Assembly (NCBI GenBank): GCA_963802225.1
Contig: CAWDHZ010000031.1
Span: forward strand, 251,671-315,670
Direction: 5' to 3'
Length of the DNA: 64,000 nt
Source of the DNA: an uncultured delta proteobacterium
GTDB lineage: Bacteria; Desulfobacterota; Syntrophia; Syntrophales; UBA2192
Both the position numbers and the translations under genes were made by a program. Within the stretch, counting starts at the first letter, position 1; every line of letters starts with the position of its first letter. The notes beneath the pieces were generated by a model, which was given only the letters and a program-made list of their open reading frames with translations, was not told the DNA's origin and ran no database searches. Below are positions 57,784 through 64,000 of the stretch, one piece after another.

Positions 57784-58488
57784 TCAGTGTTTTTTGTAGA
57801 AGTGCGCCAGTCGCTCCGGCGACATCCCCAGCAGGTAGAGGGTGATGATCGTCCAGTTTCTCAGGGTGCAGTAGAGGCTGCCTTCCTTTTCGTGGCGGCG
57901 CGCCGATGTTACCACGGCCTCGGGAAGAATGGAAATGCGGTCTCCGCGATCCTTGATGCGGCGCATGATCTCCACGTCCTCCATCAAGGGGATGTCCGCA
58001 AACCCGCAAAGCTTCTCGAAATAGTCCCTCCGGAAGAACTGGGCCTGGTCGCCGTAGGGGATTCGCGTCAGGCGCGATCTCATGCAGGCCACCCGCGCGA
58101 TGAACCGCATCGACGGCCGCTCCGAGCTGTAGCGCAGGTCGAAGGCCCCGGCCACGCAATCCCCGTCCGAGAGGGTTTCTTCGATGCGCCGGAAGGCCCC
58201 CTGCGGAAGGAGGGTGTCGGCATGGAGGAAGAGAAGATAAGCCCCCCCTGCAGCAGCCGCCCCCGCGTTCATCTGCCGGGCCCTGCCCGCAGGTGCTGTC
58301 AGAAGGGTCACGCCCTGGCGGGATACCGCCTTGATCGATTCCCCATCGGGGCTTCCGTCGACGACGATCAGCTCGACGGGCTTGCAGTCGGCGATCTGAA
58401 AGAGGTGATCGATGAGCGAATCGAGCTGATGGGCTTCCCCCAGGACGGGGATGATGACGGAGATAGCCGGTGCCATCGCCTGGCTCAT
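57784..58488 (-). CDS. family-2 glycosyltransferase
   Basis: ISVIIPVLGE...VDGSPDG...ARQMNAGA...LFLHADT motifs. Confidence 0.85.
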   Translation of the reverse strand: MSQAMAPAISVIIPVLGEAHQLDSLIDHLFQIADCKPVELIVVDGSPDGESIKAVSRQGVTLLTAPAGRARQMNAGAAAAGGAYLLFLHADTLLPQGAFRRIEETLSDGDCVAGAFDLRYSSERPSMRFIARVACMRSRLTRIPYGDQAQFFRRDYFEKLCGFADIPLMEDVEIMRRIKDRGDRISILPEAVVTSARRHEKEGSLYCTLRNWTIITLYLLGMSPERLAHFYKKH

Positions 58489-58931
58489 CCGGGCCCCATG
58501 AATCGCTTGCGGATGTCCTCCATCCGATTGCGGTTAACATTGAAATCGTAAGACCCCATGCGCGCTGCGGACCGGAAGTGGATGAGCTTTGCGCCGTCGT
58601 CGAAGAGGAACTCCACGTCATCGACGAAACTGAAGACGGCCGATCGGAATTCGGCGTGGATGTAGTCCGGGTCAACCTGCACGAGGGTCGAGCGCTCCAT
58701 GTGCCGGATGACTCCCAAGAGCTTATCCCGGGCCTCCTCCTGTGTGGCGTCGTAGTGGAGGGGCTCGATCCGGTGCCGCTCCGCCGGGTCCTGGGTACAG
58801 ACGCAGCTGCGCTTGTCCGGGCAGGGCCGGAGCTTGCCGTCCTTCGGGCCGGTCGTTTGTGCAACCGTCTTCTGGCAGCCTGTCAGTGTCATCAGGGCGA
58901 TCATGAGGAAGGGAAGAATCCGGAGTTTCAT
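58485..58931 (-). CDS. DUF1499-family lipoprotein
   Basis: Lipobox LTGC. DYIHAEFRSAVFSFVDDVEF...SAARMGSYDFNVNRNRME resembles DUF1499. Overlaps the GT2 start. Confidence 0.75.
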   Translation of the reverse strand: MKLRILPFLMIALMTLTGCQKTVAQTTGPKDGKLRPCPDKRSCVCTQDPAERHRIEPLHYDATQEEARDKLLGVIRHMERSTLVQVDPDYIHAEFRSAVFSFVDDVEFLFDDGAKLIHFRSAARMGSYDFNVNRNRMEDIRKRFMGPG

Positions 58932-59193
58932 CGAGCACCCCCTGCAAGGACATCACGTGGGCATAACGATACCACCAAAGTCGTTGCTTTTCAACGCAGG
59001 GGACTTCTTTCTTCCCGCTCATCCATTGCCCGATGGGGGACTAAGGCATTTGGCAACGGGGCATTCATCCGTCCCCTGATTGAGGGAAAGCGGGACAAGG
59101 TGCACCATGTAACCCGATCCAACGAGATACAGTGCCTTCTGAGGCAAGCAATTCCGGGACGCGACCTTCCCTGAAACATCGATACGGACAGAC

Positions 59194-59577
59194 ATGGAGG
59201 GCCCAATGATAAGCGACCAGAAAAAAGCGGAATTGAAGAGCTTCGGTAAACCCGATGAAGTGAGGACGTTTCCCAAGGGGAAAGTCGAGTTGATCAAGAT
59301 AGGGGGGGCCATGATCGGCAGGGCGACATTCGAGCCGGGATGGAAGTGGTCCACCTCGGTGAAGCCCCTGGCGAAAACCAAGAGCTGCGAAGCCCCGCAC
59401 TTCCAGTATCAATTGTCCGGGACCCTGCACATCGTCATGGACGACGGGACGGAGTTCGATAGCAGGGCCGGCGACGTGACACTTCTGCCGATGGGCCACG
59501 ATGCCTGGGTGGTCGGCAACGAGCCGGCCGTTTTCGTCGACTTCCAGGGCATGCTCGACTACGCCAAGGTGAAATGA
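59194..59577 (+). CDS. cupin-domain protein
   Basis: 127 aa with a cupin beta-barrel pattern (HFQYQLSGTLHIVMDDG...GDVTLLPMGHDAW). Confidence 0.75.
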   Translation: MEGPMISDQKKAELKSFGKPDEVRTFPKGKVELIKIGGAMIGRATFEPGWKWSTSVKPLAKTKSCEAPHFQYQLSGTLHIVMDDGTEFDSRAGDVTLLPMGHDAWVVGNEPAVFVDFQGMLDYAKVK

Positions 59578-59630
59578 CGTTCCTGTGAACGATCTGCCCC
59601 GGCTGACCGCTCCGTAATATACAGCCTTGT

Positions 59631-60581
59631 CTACCTTCCCTCCTTTGACGCAGGGAGAAGTGCTTCGGCCTTCTCCCTTGCCTTTTCCGAGGCCTGCGGG
59701 GCTGCGGCTTCCTTTATCTCCGGCGCGGCCGCGGCCTGCTGGCCGTCCGGCACACTTTCCTTCTTTTCGGCGACATCCACCGCCCCGGAGGTCATTCCGG
59801 GCGGCCTGGGGGCCCCTGTGTCCGGCGGCCCGTCGGGGGGCGCCTTCATGATATCCTCGTACTCCTCGATGACAACGCCCCGCCTCACCATGATCCCATA
59901 GACAATCTCGGCACGCTTCTCCACGTACTTCGATGTTCCCGTGGGGTTGAGCTTGAGCGGGTTGGGAAGGACGACGGCAAGCCGGGCAGCCTCCATCGGG
60001 GTCAGCTCCGCGGCGGACTTGCCGAAGTAGTGCCGCGAGGCGGCCTCGATGCCGAAGATCCCGTCACCCCACTCGGCCACGTTCAGGTAGATCTCCAGGA
60101 TGCGTCGCTTGGAGAGGTTGTTCTCGAGTCGCCAGGTGAGGATCACTTCCTTGGCCTTGCGCATCGGGTTCTTCGACGGGGAGAGGAAGAGATTCTTGGC
60201 GAGCTGCTGGCTGATCGTGCTGCCGCCGTACTTGAGCTTGCCCAGCTTGATGTCCTTCTCGGCGGCCTTTTGCATGGCCTCGAAATCGAAACCCTCGTGA
60301 GCATAGAACTTGTCGTCCTCGGCGATGAGGACGGCCTTTGCGGCGTAAGGGGAGATCTTCGAGAGAGGGACCCAGACCTGATAGATCTTCTTGTTCTTGA
60401 GCCCCTTGAACTCCCACTGGATCTCCCGGTGGGTCATGAAGGCGGTCTTGGTGGGGTTTTTCTTTTTCAGCTCCGAGACGTCGTCATAGAAGAACGCCGA
60501 AGCGACGTAGACGATGAGCGCCCCGCCGAGAAGCATGACTCCTATCAACAGATAACGGGCTATCTTTTTCAGCAGATCCAT
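59631..60581 (-). CDS. mtgA: monofunctional peptidoglycan glycosyltransferase with low-complexity C-terminal tail
   Basis: GT51 motifs IAEDDKFYAHEGFD and GGSTISQQLAKN. The Pro/Ala/Glu-rich tail is unusual. Confidence 0.85.
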   Translation of the reverse strand: MDLLKKIARYLLIGVMLLGGALIVYVASAFFYDDVSELKKKNPTKTAFMTHREIQWEFKGLKNKKIYQVWVPLSKISPYAAKAVLIAEDDKFYAHEGFDFEAMQKAAEKDIKLGKLKYGGSTISQQLAKNLFLSPSKNPMRKAKEVILTWRLENNLSKRRILEIYLNVAEWGDGIFGIEAASRHYFGKSAAELTPMEAARLAVVLPNPLKLNPTGTSKYVEKRAEIVYGIMVRRGVVIEEYEDIMKAPPDGPPDTGAPRPPGMTSGAVDVAEKKESVPDGQQAAAAPEIKEAAAPQASEKAREKAEALLPASKEGR

Positions 60582-60724
60582 AGGATGAGTCCCAAACAGG
60601 ATATGGAAACGTGTTTTTATCGCCAATGGGCGGGGAAATCAATCATCATTTTACAATGGCCTCGACTTTGGCATCCATTCCGTGCATATTCATGCATCCA
60701 AAAAACAGACGCTTGGAGGTCTTA

Positions 60725-62551
60725 ATGAGTGATGGGATTGTCGGGGCGAAATCCATTCTCAAAAACGTGTTTGGCTATGATGACTTCTGGCCCCTTCAGG
60801 AGGCCATCATCGCCCATCTTCTGGAAAAGAAAAATGCCCTTGTCGTTTTACCGACCGGAGGAGGCAAGTCTCTTTGCTATCAAATTCCGGCCCTGATCTA
60901 TAACGGATTATCCATCGTCATCTCCCCCTTGATCTCGCTGATGAAAAATCAGGTAGACGAGTTGCAGGAATGCGGCGTTCCGGCCGTATATCTGAACAGT
61001 ACCTTGAAACCGGATGAGTATCGTCGCCATGTCGAGAAACTCAAAGCGAACCACATAAAATTACTTTATCTTTCCCCGGAAGCCCTGTTGAGCCCCAGAA
61101 CGCTTGACCTGCTTTCGACGATGAAAGTCGATTGCATCGCCATTGACGAAGCTCATTGTATTTCAGAGTGGGGTCATGATTTCCGCCCGGAATACCGTCA
61201 GCTGGGCGGGTTGCGTTCTATTTTCAGTGACGCCGTTTGTGTTGCCTTGACCGCCACCGCAACCAGGCGGGTTCGCGATGATATAAAAAAATCCCTGCAG
61301 ATCGACGAGACCGATGAATTCATCGGCAGTTTCAATCGTCCGAATCTCTTCCTGGAAGTGGAACCCAAAGTCGCCCCTCTCGAGCAGATCACGGAATTTT
61401 TGAAATCCTATCGGAACGAATCGGGAATCATCTATTGCTTTTCGCGCAAGCAGACGGACCATCTCTATGAATTTCTCCATGAAAAGGGTTATTCCGTAAG
61501 GCCTTACCATGCAGGTCTGTCCGACGAGGTGCGCACGGAAAATCAGAACCTGTTCGTCAAGGATGACATCCAGATCATCGTAGCGACGATTGCCTTTGGC
61601 ATGGGGATCAACAAACCCAATGTCCGCTTCGTCATCCATCATGACCTGCCCAAAAGCGTGGAAACCTACTACCAGGAGATAGGGCGAGCCGGGCGCGATG
61701 GTTTGCCTGCCCATTGCCTGATGCTGTTCGGTTATGGCGACATACGAAACGTCAGGTACTTTATCCAGCAAAAAACCGGGCATGAACAAGTGATAGCCAA
61801 TATTCTTCTGAGCACCATTCTGGGTTACGCCGAGACGGAGCTTTGTCGGCGCGGCCCCCTGCTGGAATATTTCGGCGAAAAGTCCGATCAGGCTGCGTGC
61901 GGGATGTGCGACAATTGCAAAATCGAGAACAAGAACCTCTCCGATATCACGATCCCTGCGCAGATGTTTCTTTCCTGTGTCAAACGAACCGGGGAGTGCT
62001 TCGGCACCAGTCATGTCGTCGATATTCTGCGGGGTTCGAAATCGATCAAGGTTCTGCAGCATGAACATGATCGGTTATCCACCCATGGCATAGGAAAGGC
62101 ACATTCAGCAAAGCAATGGCGCCACCTTGCCCGCCAGTTCATACGCAAAGGCTTGATGATTCAGGATCTGGAGCACGGAGCCCTGAAACTGACCCATAAG
62201 GCCTGGGACGTCTTGAGAGGAACGCAAACCGTCTCGGGGCTTTTGGAGAAGGAGGGCGCGGATCTCCATTCCAGGGCAGAAGTTCCCGGTCAATACGACC
62301 CCGGCCTTTTTGATCTTCTGCGGAAACAACGCAAAGAGATCGCAGACCGGATGAATATCCCGCCCTATACCGTATTCCATGACCGCACCCTGAAGGAAAT
62401 GGCTACCCATCTGCCGCAAACCAAGGATAGTCTTTCCCAAATACACGGGATAGGAGCTGCAAAACTGGAGAAATACGGTGACGTTGTCCTGGACATCATC
62501 AGGCAATACTGCCGGACTCACAAGATCGCAGAGCGGCCGGATCTACCTTAA
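60725..62551 (+). CDS. recQ: ATP-dependent DNA helicase RecQ
   Basis: TGGGKSLCYQ (Walker A), DEAHCISEWGHDFRPEY, zinc-binding Cys cluster, RQC and a C-terminal HRDC domain. GGAGG RBS. Confidence 0.95.
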   Translation: MSDGIVGAKSILKNVFGYDDFWPLQEAIIAHLLEKKNALVVLPTGGGKSLCYQIPALIYNGLSIVISPLISLMKNQVDELQECGVPAVYLNSTLKPDEYRRHVEKLKANHIKLLYLSPEALLSPRTLDLLSTMKVDCIAIDEAHCISEWGHDFRPEYRQLGGLRSIFSDAVCVALTATATRRVRDDIKKSLQIDETDEFIGSFNRPNLFLEVEPKVAPLEQITEFLKSYRNESGIIYCFSRKQTDHLYEFLHEKGYSVRPYHAGLSDEVRTENQNLFVKDDIQIIVATIAFGMGINKPNVRFVIHHDLPKSVETYYQEIGRAGRDGLPAHCLMLFGYGDIRNVRYFIQQKTGHEQVIANILLSTILGYAETELCRRGPLLEYFGEKSDQAACGMCDNCKIENKNLSDITIPAQMFLSCVKRTGECFGTSHVVDILRGSKSIKVLQHEHDRLSTHGIGKAHSAKQWRHLARQFIRKGLMIQDLEHGALKLTHKAWDVLRGTQTVSGLLEKEGADLHSRAEVPGQYDPGLFDLLRKQRKEIADRMNIPPYTVFHDRTLKEMATHLPQTKDSLSQIHGIGAAKLEKYGDVVLDIIRQYCRTHKIAERPDLP

Positions 62552-62685
62552 TACAAGCGGGAACCAATAAACAAATCTCTTGAATTAGATGGATTATCCG
62601 TTTACAAATGCAGCGGATGATGTGAAGCAGGCATAACCCAAACAGAACCGCCCAACCCTCAAAAGGGGGAGCGCCATGAGTTGAC

Positions 62686-62754
62686 AGGCCCCGCGTCTCG
62701 GAAGAGAGCGGGGTTTTCTCGCGTGAGGGGATGGATGGTGATGGGGAAATACAG
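62686..62754. repeat. copy 1 of a duplicated ~70-nt intergenic segment
   Basis: Shares CTCGGAAGAGAGCGGG-TTTT, GAGGGGATGGA and AAATACA, in the same order, with 63550-63624. Contains the hairpin CCCCGC-13 nt-GCGGGG-TTTT. Confidence 0.6.
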
Positions 62755-62809
62755 GATGCGACCCCGGTAACTCCATGAATGTCGGACACAGCTTAAAGGA
62801 GGGTGGACT

Positions 62810-63523
62810 ATGCCGCTGCTAACGAAACAGACGGGCAAACAGCTTGTCGAAACACTGACGGGACCCGGTGATGAGCTTCTTTATGAGGCTGCTCATCAGA
62901 TCAATCCTGACAACACGTTGAAAACGACGACAGAACGCTGGTACGACAAACAGCTCAAAGCCACCAACCAGCAACTGATCAAGGGAGTGCCAATGAAGCT
63001 TGGCGCAGCGAGTGAAGCTATAGAGGCCGGCAAATTGGCCTGGGACATCATCAAGGAAGGGAAAGTAGTCGGGCAGTCATCTGACGCGATGACCTCGGTT
63101 CTCGCGAAAGTGGACAGGGATCCAATGAACTACGTTGGCGCAAAAGATGGTGAATCAGGTGTATATACGTGGGAAGTCAACGATGCGTTCCATGCGTTCG
63201 GGAAGATCAACTACGTGACGATCCGCCTGAAAGTGCAGGGCAAATATCATGCGACGCCTCGCTCAACATCCCCTGCACCGAAGGGTTACTATCTGCCCAG
63301 CGTGTACGTCAATATCCTGAGGTGTAAGGTCAACTTTCCGTGTTCTGCAAGCGGATCGGCCAATCTGGCAAATCCGTCCAACATAGGCAGTGAGGAAGAA
63401 GCGAACGCCGAAGTAAAGATTCACGCGAAGCTCACGGCAGGCTGGTTTGCTCAACATATAGGGATCACTGTCGGTTTCCAGGCAACCGGCACCGGCGGAT
63501 TCAGACTCCTCGGGAGAGAATAG
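62810..63523 (+). CDS. orphan hypothetical protein (237 aa)
   Basis: Strong AAAGGAGGGTGG RBS. No signal peptide. No family recognised. Visibly lower G+C. Confidence 0.7.
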   Translation: MPLLTKQTGKQLVETLTGPGDELLYEAAHQINPDNTLKTTTERWYDKQLKATNQQLIKGVPMKLGAASEAIEAGKLAWDIIKEGKVVGQSSDAMTSVLAKVDRDPMNYVGAKDGESGVYTWEVNDAFHAFGKINYVTIRLKVQGKYHATPRSTSPAPKGYYLPSVYVNILRCKVNFPCSASGSANLANPSNIGSEEEANAEVKIHAKLTAGWFAQHIGITVGFQATGTGGFRLLGRE

Positions 63524-63549
63524 TCACGTGTCCGTCCAACATGGGCATT

Positions 63550-63624
63550 TACCCGACCGCCTCGGAAGAGAGCGGGTTTTTTGTATTTTGGGTTTCCAGG
63601 AGGGGATGGAAATGTTCAAATACA
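63550..63624. repeat. copy 2 of the duplicated ~70-nt intergenic segment
   Basis: Same three blocks as 62686-62754, with indels of about 5-11 nt between them. Confidence 0.6.
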
Positions 63625-63655
63625 ATATACGACTCCAAGAAACACCCCATTGGCC

Positions 63656-63705
63656 TTGACAGGCGCATATAAATTATGCATACTGATACATACATAATGT
63701 ATGTA
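63656..63705 (+). promoter_or_regulatory. vapBC promoter TTGACA-N17-CATACT with overlapping 19-bp palindromic operator
   Basis: TTGACA at 63656-61. Perfect palindrome TACATACAT-A-ATGTATGTA at 63687-705, just upstream of vapB. Confidence 0.55.
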
Positions 63706-63722
63706 CTGGAGTGGTGAATCTC

Positions 63723-63920
63723 ATGAGAACGACGATCAACATCGAAGACGATCTGATCCGCAGGGCGGCCGAGCTGACCGGCATCAGGGAGAAAACGTCC
63801 CTGGTGAAGCTTGGCCTGGAGACCTTGATTGCACGGGAAAGCGGCAAGCGGTTGGCAAGGCTCGGGGGAACCGAAACGAAGCTCGATAGAATACCCAGAC
63901 GCAGGGCCAAGGATAATTAG
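63723..63920 (+). CDS. vapB: type II antitoxin VapB (DUF2191-like)
   Basis: MRTTINIEDDLIRRAAELTG... is typical for this antitoxin family. The stop is 1 nt before the toxin ATG. Confidence 0.8.
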   Translation: MRTTINIEDDLIRRAAELTGIREKTSLVKLGLETLIARESGKRLARLGGTETKLDRIPRRRAKDN

Positions 63921-63921
63921 C

Positions 63922-64000
63922 ATGGTGCTGGTGGACACATCGGTGTGGGTGGCGCATCTGCGGAAAGGGGCCGTCGGTTTGGATGCGTTATTGAATGAGG
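63922..64000 (+). CDS. vapC: PIN-domain toxin VapC (5' part only, cut by window end)
   Basis: MVLVDTSVWVAHLRKG... is the canonical PIN N-terminus with the first acidic residue. Confidence 0.7.
   Translation, partial: MVLVDTSVWVAHLRKGAVGLDALLNE

Noticed and set aside
62681-63664. 9-bp identical TTGACAGGC at 62681 and 63656 as a target-site duplication of an inserted element.
   Set aside because: There are no terminal inverted repeats inside the duplication. A single 9-mer match within ~1 kb is not improbable. The second copy is simply the vapBC -35 region.
63549-63938. 129-aa minus-strand ORF.
   Set aside because: It is antisense to vapB and its promoter/operator. The plus-strand antitoxin/toxin pair explains the region.

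Overview
High-G+C bacterial chromosomal window (G+C judged by eye, not computed). The gene content suggests an anaerobic Desulfobacterota-type (deltaproteobacterial) organism: a triheme c7-like cytochrome, rubrerythrin and many PAS kinases. That is a guess, not a result. About 60 CDSs can be supported.

Layout:
- 0-7.5 kb: crotonase and NarL-type two-component genes, including a 1417-aa multi-PAS kinase.
- 7.8-14 kb: envelope cluster. It holds a degenerate-GGDEF protein, an S1C protease lipoprotein, a LysM protein, and an operon pairing a TMTC/PMT-like GT-C glycosyltransferase with secreted proteins.
- 14-16.7 kb: HDOD protein and FAD-linked oxidase.
- 16.8-21.9 kb: minor-pilin operon fimT-pilV-pilW-pilX-pilY1 (vWA).
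- 24-29 kb: visibly lower-G+C patch with orphan small genes plus REC and REC-PAS-kinase genes.
- 29-39 kb: mixed housekeeping (ADH, yidD, hslO, CoA-transferase, rubrerythrin, Tim44-like).
- 39.6-42.1 kb: an MgtE cytosolic sensor module encoded separately, directly upstream of a non-canonical Nramp-fold transporter.
- 44.3-58.9 kb: one co-directional minus-strand gene run containing a complete pentose-phosphate operon (glk-tkt-tal/pgi-rpiA-gnd-zwf-pgl).
- 60.6-64 kb: lower-G+C recQ, an orphan gene bracketed by a duplicated ~70-nt segment, and vapBC.

I recognised no rRNA, tRNA, CRISPR array, transposase or integrase.

The most unusual non-genic signal is a set of intergenic arrays with strict 7- or 8-nt phase and locus-specific unit sequence. 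They often have a reverse-complement partner array nearby and sometimes cover stop codons. An unannotated two-small-ORF transcription unit lies at 34.3-34.8 kb. Many long ORFs in the supplied track are antisense shadow ORFs of this G+C-rich DNA and were discarded.
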